Assembly: GCA_963730935.1 (NCBI GenBank)
Contig: CAVSTP010000004.1
Span: 1,056,001-1,120,000 of the forward strand
From: an uncultured Nitrospiraceae bacterium
GTDB lineage: Bacteria; Nitrospirota; Nitrospiria; Nitrospirales; Nitrospiraceae
DNA: 64,000 nt
Direction: 5' to 3'
Part shown: positions 1 through 8,846 of the stretch, piece by piece
Position numbering within the stretch: the first letter of the stretch is position 1
Layout of the letters: each line of letters begins with the position of its first letter
The notes under the pieces: generated by a model
The model's database searches: none
The model's input: the letters and a program-made list of their open reading frames with translations, nothing else
Told to the model about the DNA's origin: nothing
Position numbers and translations under genes: made by a program

Positions 1-558
1 GCGGCGCTCGAGGCGCTACGCCGCTTTTGCCGAGAAGCGACGATCTGGAAGAAGGACTACGAGAACGGGTACTGCGGCGCGTTTTTAGGAGACGGATTCG
101 CTTCTCCGTTGCTGTTTCAGATCGCCGACGAGCTCCGAGCGAGATTCCCTCGCATCTTCAAGCACCATCGTCTCACCCAGGCTTGGGCGTTCAAGCATGA
201 CAGTGCCCGGCGCGGATTGAACATCCACGCGGATGCAGCGGCCGTCAACGTCAACTTTTGGATCACGGAGGACGAGGCCAACCTGAATCAGGCGACCGGG
301 GGGCTGGTGGTGTACGACAAGGAGGCGCCGCGGAGTTGGAATTTCAAGGAGTACAACAGCGACCGGAACAAACCAAAAATTTTGAACTGGCTGAAGGAGG
401 CTGGAGCCCAGGCCATCACAATCCCCTACCGAGCCAATCGAGCAGTCGTCTTCAATTCAGATCTGTTTCATGAAACCGATGACGTTAGATTTAGGGACGA
501 CTACCTCAGTCGCCGCATCAACATCACGCTGCTCTACGGCTATCGCGCCCAATCCTGA
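1..558 (+). CDS. 5'-truncated protein, C-terminal 2OG-Fe(II) oxygenase-like domain
   Basis: Frame +1 is open from base 1 (AALEALRRFCREATIWKKDYENGY...). Contains HxD (NIHAD), a distal His (LFHETD) and a late Arg (RRINIT), typical of 2OG-Fe(II) dioxygenases. Confidence 0.6.
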   Translation, partial: AALEALRRFCREATIWKKDYENGYCGAFLGDGFASPLLFQIADELRARFPRIFKHHRLTQAWAFKHDSARRGLNIHADAAAVNVNFWITEDEANLNQATGGLVVYDKEAPRSWNFKEYNSDRNKPKILNWLKEAGAQAITIPYRANRAVVFNSDLFHETDDVRFRDDYLSRRINITLLYGYRAQS

Positions 559-565
559 TAGTCGA

Positions 566-2686
566 TCAGCCGGCTTTCGGCAAGACCCTCCGCAGCAGCA
601 GCCTCTCAAATTCCGCCGCCGGCATTGGACGACCGAAGAGATAGCCCTGCGCCTGATCGCAGCCTTCGGCCATCAGGATCGAGCGCTGCCTCTCGTCCTC
701 GACGCCTTCCGCCAGCACCTCCAGCTGCAGGCTGTGGGCCATGGCAATGATGGCGCGGACGATCGGCACCGGTTGCACGAGACTCAACAGTTCCCGCACG
801 AACGATTGGTCGATTTTGACCCGGTTGACGGGCAGCCGCTGAAGATAGCTCAATGAGGAATATCCTGTCCCGAAGTCGTCGATCGCCAGCTGCACGCCCA
901 TGGTCCTCAGTTGTTGAAGCACCGTAATTGACGTGTCGACATTGCGCATGGCGATGGACTCCGTCAGCTCCAGTTCGAGGCGATCGGGTGCAAGACCCGT
1001 CTCGGCGAACGTGTCTTCGACCGCCTTCAACAACGTGCTGCCGTGAAACAACGAATTCGAGACGTTGATGGACACCCGGGGAACGGCAAGCCCCCGTTGC
1101 TGCCACGTCCGGTTCTGACGGCAGGCCGTTCGCAGCATCCATTCGTCGATCGTGCGGATCATTCCCGTATCTGAAGCGGCCTGGAGGAACTCGGGCGGAG
1201 CCAACAGCCCCCGTTGCGGGTGCTGCCATCGCACCAACGCTTCCGCTCCGATGATCCGTCCGCTGCGGAGATCGATCTGCGGCTGGTAATACACGACGAA
1301 TTCCTCGCGCTCCGTCGCGTGGCGCACTTCACCCTCGAGCCGCAACCGCTCATTGGCCGCCAGGTTCATGGCAGTCGAATAATATTGGATGTTGTTCCTC
1401 CCCTGTTCCTTCGCGTGATACATTGCCGTGTCAGAATTCTTGAGCAGCACGTCCACGGATTCGCCGTCGGCGGGAAAAATGGCGATGCCGACACTGACCG
1501 TGACAAAAATTTCGTGTCCGCTCACGGAAAATGGCCGTGCGAGCGCTTCGAGAATGCGTCTGGCGACTTTGCTTGCATCCTGCACGTCTCGCAGATTGGT
1601 CAACAACACCGTAAACTCGTCGCCCCCGAGGCGGGCCAGCTCATGAGTCTGGACGCCGTCCGCCGTCCTGCCGATCGAATCACTGTGCCGGACCGATTCC
1701 GCCAGCCGGTCCGCCACATGCTTCAGCAGCAAATCGCCGATGTTGTGTCCCAACGTATCATTGATGACCTTGAAGCGGTCCAGGTCGAGAAACAACAGCG
1801 CCAGGTGATATTGATACCGGTGAGCATGCGCGATCGCCTGCGTCACGCGATCTTTGAACAAGACCCGGTTGGGAAGACCGGTCAGACTGTCGTAATAGGC
1901 CAGCCGGTGGATTTCCCGCTCGGAGCGCTTCCGCTCACTGATATCCTGAGCAGTGCCCACAATGGTCAGCGACTTCAACTGGTCGTCGAAGACGGCCTCC
2001 GCCTGCAAGTTCACAATGAAATCGCTCCCATTCGGCAGCATGATCCGGTGATCGATGTCGCAGGGAGTTCGGTTGGTGAGAATGCGCTTCAACGCCTGGT
2101 CTACGCGCTCTCGATCTCCCGCGTCGACCGCTTGCAGAAATGCATCGAGGGTGCCGCCGAAATCTTGCGGCCGTAACCCCATCAGCCGGCACAGCTCGGC
2201 TGACGCGGAGAATTGCCCCGTCTGAGGCTGCCATTCCCAATTACCGATTTTGGCGATCCGCTGCGCCAGACCAAGCCGGGACTCGCTGCGCAGCAGCGCA
2301 TCCAAGGTCCGGCTCCCGCGCAGCATATACCGCACGCGGTGACTCAGAATGGTGTGATTCAGCGGCTTCGTAATAAAATCCGTCGCGCCATGCTCATAGG
2401 CACCCGCGATTGCCTCTGCGTCGTCCGTGCCGGTCATCATCAGGATGGGCACGCGGCTGCCTCCGACCGACCCGCGCAACCTGGAACAGGCGGTATACCC
2501 ATCCATGACCGGCATCATGACGTCCAACACGATGATGTCGGGGCGGCGTAGAACAAATTGTTCGAGCGCCTGCTGTCCGTTCGAGGCTTCACACACTTGG
2601 AGTCCGACCTGCTCAAGCGCCGAACGTATAAATGTTCTGACCAATTCGTCGTCGTCTGCGACGAGCACCGTTGCCGTTTTTTCCAT
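566..2686 (-). CDS. Response regulator diguanylate cyclase/phosphodiesterase (REC-PAS-GGDEF-EAL)
   Basis: REC (VLVADDD, LDVMMP, FITKP), PAS-like segment (IGNWEW, GTAQDISERK), intact GGDEF, EAL (GAEALVRW, DDFGTGYSS). Start moved to ATG 2686, which follows GGAG. Confidence 0.93.
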   Translation of the reverse strand: MEKTATVLVADDDELVRTFIRSALEQVGLQVCEASNGQQALEQFVLRRPDIIVLDVMMPVMDGYTACSRLRGSVGGSRVPILMMTGTDDAEAIAGAYEHGATDFITKPLNHTILSHRVRYMLRGSRTLDALLRSESRLGLAQRIAKIGNWEWQPQTGQFSASAELCRLMGLRPQDFGGTLDAFLQAVDAGDRERVDQALKRILTNRTPCDIDHRIMLPNGSDFIVNLQAEAVFDDQLKSLTIVGTAQDISERKRSEREIHRLAYYDSLTGLPNRVLFKDRVTQAIAHAHRYQYHLALLFLDLDRFKVINDTLGHNIGDLLLKHVADRLAESVRHSDSIGRTADGVQTHELARLGGDEFTVLLTNLRDVQDASKVARRILEALARPFSVSGHEIFVTVSVGIAIFPADGESVDVLLKNSDTAMYHAKEQGRNNIQYYSTAMNLAANERLRLEGEVRHATEREEFVVYYQPQIDLRSGRIIGAEALVRWQHPQRGLLAPPEFLQAASDTGMIRTIDEWMLRTACRQNRTWQQRGLAVPRVSINVSNSLFHGSTLLKAVEDTFAETGLAPDRLELELTESIAMRNVDTSITVLQQLRTMGVQLAIDDFGTGYSSLSYLQRLPVNRVKIDQSFVRELLSLVQPVPIVRAIIAMAHSLQLEVLAEGVEDERQRSILMAEGCDQAQGYLFGRPMPAAEFERLLLRRVLPKAG

Positions 2687-3024
2687 TTTCTCCACGGAAG
2701 TTATGTCCTCGTCCCTCGCGCCATTGCCCCACCCACGGTGGGGAACGAGCGTGGGTGTTCCACGCAGTCTGTCTTGCGCTCCGCCGATGTCGGCGCAGAC
2801 GCTGACTGCCCTCAAGAAAGACCTGTAAGCGTTTGTCTGCTCGCGAATCCTCCGCGGTCAGGGTAGCAAACCGGTTCCGAATCTCCAGTTATTTCCGCTT
2901 TTCACACTATCAGTTCTAGTGCAATTGCTAGGTGCATCCAGTGGGCACATTGCCCATTCTCATTTGACCGATAAACCAAATATAATCAGGCAATTCCATC
3001 GGTGGAACAGTCGTTCACAAGGCT

Positions 3025-4518
3025 ATGCGCCCGTCCGGCGAATCCACAACACGGTCTCAGGGATGGTTGATCGCGGCGATCGCCGGCATCACCATCGCCG
3101 TCTTTGTCCTCGACAGTTTTTTTCCTCTCGGTTTCGTGATTCCCGCCCTGTATGTCATTCCGATCATCCTGACCACCAGGGTCCGACGCCCAATGGCGCC
3201 GTTTCTCATAGCCGCTTGCGCGACCGGGCTGACACTCGCGGGCATCTGGACAAATTGGACATCCCCGGTTGTCCCGCTTCAACTCGGTCTTTTCAACCGC
3301 TCCCTGGTGATCCTCGCCGGCTGGATTGCGGCCACCATTATCTGGCATACCACGCAAAAACACGCCCGGCAGGAATTGGAAACCCTCGTCGCCGCTCGGA
3401 CGGCGGCGCTCTGGCAAAGTGAGAGCACACTCCAGAGTTTTTTCAATTCCACGGACTTGATGATGGGCGTGCTCGAGATCGTCGAAACCCGCCCTCTGAT
3501 GGTGATCACGAACCGCGCGGCCGCGGGCGCGGTCTCCGAGAGAGACGCTGAGGCGCTCCCGCCGGCGTTACGACTGGCGCCGGGCGCACCGGAGTTCTGG
3601 ATGCCGCATCTGGAAGCCGCCCGTCGGACGGGAAAAACCGTGCATGTGAAATACGAGATTCCGTCAACGCGGGATGCGTTGTCTGAGCGGATTATGACAT
3701 CCGCGATCTCGTTTATCGGATACAGCCCGCGCGGCAACAGGCTGTATGCCTGGATCGGAGAAGACATCACCGAAAAAATGCACCTCGAGCAGACCATGGA
3801 GGCCAGTCGGCGGTCATTGGAAGTGAGTCAGGCCCAACTGCGTCAACTGACCGCTCAATTGCTTTCGGCACAAGACGACGAGCGGCGCCGCATCGCCCGG
3901 GAATTACACGATGAGTTGAACCAGCGCGTCATCAGTCTGGCGTTCAATATCGACGATCAGATGCAGCAGGTCCACGACCTCTCGCCGGCCGCCCGCGCGA
4001 CTCTTCAGCTCATCAAAAGCGAAGTGGCTGAGCTCTCCGACCATTTGCGCGACCTGGCTCATCGGCTCCATCCGTCCGTTCTCGACGATCTCGGCATTAC
4101 CAGCGCGCTGCGCGTATGCGCTCACGATTTCGAACAACGTGAACAGATCCCCGTTCGCCTGACACTCGAAGAATCGGAAAGACCGGTGAGCCGTCATCTG
4201 GCAGAATGCCTCTTCCGAGTGACGCAGGAAGCGCTGCGAAACGTTGCCAAACATGCCGGCGCCAAGCACGTCTTTCTGGAACTTACCTACCATGAAGATC
4301 ACGTGCTACTTCAGATCGAAGATGATGGGCGGGGCTTTACGCCGGAAGACCGGCAGACTGTTCAACGGGGCTTGGGCCTGGTCAGCATGGGTGAGCGGGT
4401 GCGTCTGCTGGAAGGTACGCTGATGCTCACGAGCGATCCCGGCAGGGGCACGCGGATATCAATATCAATTCCATTCACAGGAATATCGAATGAGCAAACC
4501 TCGCATCTTACTCGCTGA
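3025..4518 (+). CDS. Membrane sensor histidine kinase, NarX/UhpB (HisKA_3) type
   Basis: N-terminal hydrophobic helices, H-box ERRRIARELHDE, N-box QEALRNVAKHA, DDGRGF, GLGL. Confidence 0.92.
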   Translation: MRPSGESTTRSQGWLIAAIAGITIAVFVLDSFFPLGFVIPALYVIPIILTTRVRRPMAPFLIAACATGLTLAGIWTNWTSPVVPLQLGLFNRSLVILAGWIAATIIWHTTQKHARQELETLVAARTAALWQSESTLQSFFNSTDLMMGVLEIVETRPLMVITNRAAAGAVSERDAEALPPALRLAPGAPEFWMPHLEAARRTGKTVHVKYEIPSTRDALSERIMTSAISFIGYSPRGNRLYAWIGEDITEKMHLEQTMEASRRSLEVSQAQLRQLTAQLLSAQDDERRRIARELHDELNQRVISLAFNIDDQMQQVHDLSPAARATLQLIKSEVAELSDHLRDLAHRLHPSVLDDLGITSALRVCAHDFEQREQIPVRLTLEESERPVSRHLAECLFRVTQEALRNVAKHAGAKHVFLELTYHEDHVLLQIEDDGRGFTPEDRQTVQRGLGLVSMGERVRLLEGTLMLTSDPGRGTRISISIPFTGISNEQTSHLTR

Positions 4519-5131
4519 TGACCACATGTTGATCCTCGATGGCCTGCGTCATCTTTTGGAACGCCATTACGACCTGGTCGGAACCGTTCAGGACGGCCAC
4601 TCGGTCCTCAACACCGCGCGGCGGTTGCAGCCCGACCTGGTCCTCATGGACGTCGCCATGCCAGTCCTCAATGGGCTCCAGGCCGGCCAGCGACTACGCG
4701 AACAGCTGCCAAACGTCAAGCTGCTCTATGTTTCAATGTACGCCGATACGCCCTACGTCGAAGAGGCCCTGCGGATCGGCGCATCCGGCTATGTACTGAA
4801 ACGCTCGGGGTGGGAAGAACTGTCTCGCGCCATCGAAGCCGTTCTGGCGGGCAAGCAATATGTGTCTCCGGAACTGTCGGCGACGCTCCAACAACCAGCC
4901 ATCCAACCGACCCCGCCGCCGGATGGCTCGATGCGCTCGTTGACGGAACGGCAGCGACAAATTCTTCGATTGGTGGCGGCAGGCTATACCGCCAAGGAAA
5001 TCGGCCGGATGTTGCATATCACGTCCAAGACCGTGGAATTCCACAAGGGGCGGATGATGCGGCAGCTGCAGCTTCAATCAACTGTCGAGCTGGCGCGATA
5101 CGCCCTCACCCATGGTCTGAGCCATCCCTAA
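4490..5131 (+). CDS. NarL/FixJ-family response regulator (REC + LuxR HTH)
   Basis: LLADDH, LMDVAMP, GYVLK; HTH LTERQRQILRLVAAGYTAKEIG...TVEFHK. Overlaps the 3' end of the kinase gene. Confidence 0.94.
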   Translation: MSKPRILLADDHMLILDGLRHLLERHYDLVGTVQDGHSVLNTARRLQPDLVLMDVAMPVLNGLQAGQRLREQLPNVKLLYVSMYADTPYVEEALRIGASGYVLKRSGWEELSRAIEAVLAGKQYVSPELSATLQQPAIQPTPPPDGSMRSLTERQRQILRLVAAGYTAKEIGRMLHITSKTVEFHKGRMMRQLQLQSTVELARYALTHGLSHP

Positions 5132-5484
5132 GCCTGTTGGACGGGGTCTTCCGTGGAAACTTTTTGGTAGGGTTGCAGTTCAAGCTGAGTGACCGTGTGT
5201 TGCAGACGCGCCCATTCCTCCGGTTCCAACGTCACAAATTCTACTCCGAACTGTTGAGCACGACTCCAGCGGACAACGGCTTCCTGAATCTTCAGCGGAG
5301 GCTCGTCCTCTGAGGGATGGATGCGAAGTTCCAAGGCTGTTCCGGGTTTGACTTCCGTCTGACTCTCCACGCGGCAACCCCGAAGCGACAAATCCGTAAT
5401 ATTGCCGTCTCCTCCGACGACGTTCAGCGAGGTAAAGGAACTACGGAACCGGACCGGGAACCGTGGATTCTTCCGTTGCTCCAT
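5128..5484 (-). CDS. Single-domain PilZ (c-di-GMP-binding) protein
   Basis: From ATG 5484 (GAGG upstream): MEQRKNPR gives RxxxR, DLSLRG gives DxSxxG, plus VVRW and FGVEF. Confidence 0.88.
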   Translation of the reverse strand: MEQRKNPRFPVRFRSSFTSLNVVGGDGNITDLSLRGCRVESQTEVKPGTALELRIHPSEDEPPLKIQEAVVRWSRAQQFGVEFVTLEPEEWARLQHTVTQLELQPYQKVSTEDPVQQA

Positions 5485-5563
5485 GCCAGCCACCTCAGTT
5501 GATGAATGATGGTCGTATTGTGCCAAGCCCAGCCCAATTCGCCACTGTTTTTGCAAAATCCAC

Positions 5564-7015
5564 CTACCCTTTGATATTTCCGATCGGGCGCAGTTCCGCG
5601 ACCTTCTTCGTGATGCCAGCGCCTTCCACGGTCTCCACAACGTCGGAGATGTTCTTGTACGCAAATCCCGCTTCCTCGGCCAGCCCCGACATGGACACCG
5701 CCTTGACCAGGATGCCGCGTTGTTTCATCTGTTGTTGCAGCTGCTCGCCGCGCACCTGTTTCTTCGCCTGGGCCCGCGACATGGTCCGCCCCGAGCCATG
5801 CATTGTCGAGCCGAACGTCTCATCCACGGCGCGATCCGTTCCGACCAACAGATACGATCCTGTCTCCATTGAACCGCCGCAGATGACCGGCTGGCCGGTC
5901 TGCCGAAACTCCGGTGTCAGCTCTATGCTGCCGGGGCCGAACGCTCGCGTGGCTCCTTTGCGATGAATGAGTAATTCGCCTTCAGAGTATCGCTCGACTT
6001 TCGCAATGTTATGGGCGACGTCATAGACGAGTTCCATGCCCAACTCCTCCGCCGACGGACCGAACACGGTAGTAAAAGCTTCCCGCACATGATGGGTGAT
6101 CACCTGCCGGTTGGCAAAGGCCATATTCGCCGCGCAATTCATCGCAGCGAAATAGTCCTGGCCCTCCTGCGACCGGAACGGTGCACAGGCTAGCTGCTGA
6201 TCTTTTACCGAAATCCCATAGCGCCGCATCGCCTTTGCGAACACGGTCAGGTAATCGCTTGCCACTTGATGCCCAAACCCGCGGGACCCGCAATGGACCA
6301 TGACGACGATCTGATCCTGGCCCGTGATCCCCAGCGTGGCCGCCGTTGCCGGATCGAAGATCTTGTCATTCGACGCGACCTGCACTTCAAGGTAGTGGTT
6401 GCCCGATCCCAACGTACCGAGCTGACTGATCCCGCGGCTGATCGCCTGGTTGGACACGGTCGAGGGGTCGGCCTCTCTGATGCAGCCGCCTTCTTCGATG
6501 CGATCTAGATCCCCGTGCCAGCCGTATCCCTGTTCCACGCACCAGCGCGCGCCTTGCACCATGACGGCGTTGAGATCGCCGCGTGAGAGTTTGACGGATC
6601 CGCCCGCACCGACGCCCGCCGGTACACGGCGGAAGAGCTCATCCATCAAGCGTTCCAAGCGAGGCGCCACGTCCGCCAACGTGAGATCCGTGCGGATCAG
6701 CCGCATGCCACAATTGACATCGTACCCGACCCCTCCCGGGGAGATGACTCCTTCACGCAGATCGAACGCTGCCACACCGCCGATGGGAAATCCGTACCCC
6801 CAATGGCCATCCGGCATGCAGAGGGCATAGCGTTGAATGCCTGGCAGGCAGGCGACGTTGGTCACCTGGTCAAAGACGCCCTGATCCATCGACTGCAGAA
6901 TGCCCGGCGTCCCATAAATACGTGCGGGCACGAGCATTCCGGGTTTTTCCGACGTGGGAATTTCCCAGACTTCGTCGGTGATCCGGTTCACCTTCATGCC
7001 TGTATTCAACTGCAT
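5564..7015 (-). CDS. rtcB: RtcB RNA ligase (RNA repair/tRNA-splicing type)
   Basis: MPDGHWGYGFPIGGV, GYDVNCG, LGTLGSGNHYLE, HCGSRGFG, HRKGA, HGSGR. Start ATG 7015. Confidence 0.96.
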   Translation of the reverse strand: MQLNTGMKVNRITDEVWEIPTSEKPGMLVPARIYGTPGILQSMDQGVFDQVTNVACLPGIQRYALCMPDGHWGYGFPIGGVAAFDLREGVISPGGVGYDVNCGMRLIRTDLTLADVAPRLERLMDELFRRVPAGVGAGGSVKLSRGDLNAVMVQGARWCVEQGYGWHGDLDRIEEGGCIREADPSTVSNQAISRGISQLGTLGSGNHYLEVQVASNDKIFDPATAATLGITGQDQIVVMVHCGSRGFGHQVASDYLTVFAKAMRRYGISVKDQQLACAPFRSQEGQDYFAAMNCAANMAFANRQVITHHVREAFTTVFGPSAEELGMELVYDVAHNIAKVERYSEGELLIHRKGATRAFGPGSIELTPEFRQTGQPVICGGSMETGSYLLVGTDRAVDETFGSTMHGSGRTMSRAQAKKQVRGEQLQQQMKQRGILVKAVSMSGLAEEAGFAYKNISDVVETVEGAGITKKVAELRPIGNIKG

Positions 7016-7020
7016 TCGCC

Positions 7021-7066
7021 CACCCTTACCCACTGATTGCTTCGCAATCGATTTCCCGAGACGCGC
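7021..7066. repeat. Short palindromic intergenic repeat with GCGAAGC hairpin core, copy 1
   Basis: cacccttacccactgattgcttcgcaatcgatttcccgagacgcg closely matches 17511-17554; hairpin gattgc-ttc-gcaatc. Confidence 0.7.
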
Positions 7067-7069
7067 CCG

Positions 7070-7504
7070 CTATACGTCGACGACCACTGTGGCTTTCCAG
7101 AGCGAGCCCTCCTGCACCACCCTGTAGAGATGTCTCGTAATACCTTTCACATCATTGCGCAAGGTTTGCAGGGTATGATCAACCGGGGCGCCAATGAGAG
7201 AGGCCTCGATCGTCCACTGCCCCTTTTCGTGACTCAGGCTTAGCGGCGCCTCGTGGAACACGACCCCGGCCGCATCCTTCCAATACACGATTTCCGACAA
7301 CCACTCAATGAGGAGATCATCCAGTGCGGCATCTATCTTGACGATCCGTCGCTTCCAAGAGGCGCCCACGGTCTGCGGATCGGCCATCGTCTCGAGAAGG
7401 GCACTCGTGGCCCCTTGAAACAGGTCCTCAATCGAGTCGCCTTCAGCTTCGAACGCGATGTCGGCCAGAGCAACATCTTCAAGAAACCGGAAATCGTACG
7501 ACAT
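7070..7504 (-). CDS. Archease (RtcB activator)
   Basis: 144 aa; N-terminal F.FLED..ADIAFEAEG, DVKGITRH, C-terminal VVVDV; directly upstream of rtcB. Confidence 0.9.
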   Translation of the reverse strand: MSYDFRFLEDVALADIAFEAEGDSIEDLFQGATSALLETMADPQTVGASWKRRIVKIDAALDDLLIEWLSEIVYWKDAAGVVFHEAPLSLSHEKGQWTIEASLIGAPVDHTLQTLRNDVKGITRHLYRVVQEGSLWKATVVVDV

Positions 7505-7614
7505 GGGGGACCTGCCAGAGAAACGGTACGGGAGTCCCGTCCGACATGCATGTGTGGTGCGTTCAGGACCTGAACGACGAGGGACCGTTGATGACAGTCC
7601 GGTGGAGCAGGCGG

Positions 7615-8760
7615 TTAATCGAGCTCGAACGTCTTGGGATAATTCGTGAGGTTCCGGCAGCCGTCGGCGGTCACCAAGACCATGTCTTCGATCCGAACGG
7701 CGCCCAGGCCCGGATAGTAGAGGCCGGGCTCGACGGTAACGACGTGGCCTTCCAGCAGCAAGGAGCCCGTACGGCTGATGCGGGGGGCTTCATGGATATC
7801 CAGTCCGACACCATGACCTGTGCCGTGGAAATAGCCCTGCATGCGCCCGTTCACCAAGCCAGTCTTGTAGCCGGCCTTTTCGAACCGGTCGCAAATCCCC
7901 CGGTGAATCTTCATACCGTCGGCGCCGTCACGGATTTTCGTGATGGCTTCTTCCTGTGCGTCCAGCACGGTCTGGTAGAGTTTCCTCAGTTCCGGACTCG
8001 AGGTGCCACGGATCACAGTCCGCGACATATCGGCGAAGTAGCGTGAGGACGCCGACCGCGGGAAGACGTCGAAGATGATGCTGCGATGTGCCGGCAAGGG
8101 ACCGCTCCCTTCATTATGCGGATCACAGGCCTGTTCCCCACCCGCCACGATGGTATGTTGCGCGACGCAGTCGCGCTCCATCAGCTTCACGTTGATGACC
8201 TTCTTAATCCGTTCCGAAGTCAGCACGCCGTCCTCCAGCGACAACTGCCCATGCTGGATCGTCGCCCGCCGCAGCAACTCATGAGCGGCGGAGACGGCGT
8301 CCTCGGTCGCCCGCTGCGCCTCTTCGATGTGACGCACTTCTTCCGCGGTTTTGACAACGCGCTGTTCGTAGAACGGGTCCGGTTTGGCATGCACCTGATA
8401 GCCGAGTTCCTGGAGCCGCGCCGCGTGGCTATACGGAAAGTTCGCGGGAACCAACACTTGCTTGATCTTGGCGTCCCGCAGCACCACGTGCACAATGTCG
8501 ACGCTGCCCGGCGTGGCCACGCCATGGTCCCTCGCTCGGCGCTCGATCTCCGAATATGACAACACGCGATCGACCGCGGCCTGGCTCTTGGCCCGATCCA
8601 TTTCCAGATCGTTCATGATCATCAGGCGCTCGCCCTTGATCTCCAAATAAATGAAGGGGTCCGGCGCGATGAACTTGGTGGCGTGGTAGAGGTTTGAATC
8701 CAGCTCGCTGGCTGCGATGAAAACCGTGGCTTTATGCGCTTGTGACGGCGATCGAGACAT
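7615..8760 (-). CDS. Xaa-Pro aminopeptidase (M24 family)
   Basis: Metal-ligand motifs FDVFP, ADMSRT, HGTGHGVGLDIHE, VEPG, RIEDMV. Confidence 0.92.
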   Translation of the reverse strand: MSRSPSQAHKATVFIAASELDSNLYHATKFIAPDPFIYLEIKGERLMIMNDLEMDRAKSQAAVDRVLSYSEIERRARDHGVATPGSVDIVHVVLRDAKIKQVLVPANFPYSHAARLQELGYQVHAKPDPFYEQRVVKTAEEVRHIEEAQRATEDAVSAAHELLRRATIQHGQLSLEDGVLTSERIKKVINVKLMERDCVAQHTIVAGGEQACDPHNEGSGPLPAHRSIIFDVFPRSASSRYFADMSRTVIRGTSSPELRKLYQTVLDAQEEAITKIRDGADGMKIHRGICDRFEKAGYKTGLVNGRMQGYFHGTGHGVGLDIHEAPRISRTGSLLLEGHVVTVEPGLYYPGLGAVRIEDMVLVTADGCRNLTNYPKTFELD

Positions 8761-8817
8761 GAGACCGTGACTTACTCATTGGCATCCACACGAGTGCCGT
8801 TGTGAGCCTTGTCGCGG

Positions 8818-8846
8818 AATGTAGCATGGGGTCCGCGGAGGGTCAA
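8818..8846 (-). promoter_or_regulatory. Putative sigma70 promoter for M24-archease-rtcB
   Basis: Minus strand TTGACC-17 nt-TACATT with TG in the extended -10 position. Confidence 0.5.

Noticed and set aside
1214..2176. 320-aa plus-strand ORF
   Set aside because: Antisense shadow of the GGDEF-EAL gene; no motifs; expected in GC-rich DNA.
2860..2885. Possible sigma54 promoter (CGGAACCGGTTTGCT, minus) or c-di-GMP-I riboswitch start (GCAAACC, plus)
   Set aside because: GG-to-GC spacing is 9 rather than 10, and the downstream GAAA and GACGCAAAGC riboswitch elements are absent.
5564..7015. Intein in RtcB
   Set aside because: Length (about 483 aa) and continuous motifs leave no room for an insertion.
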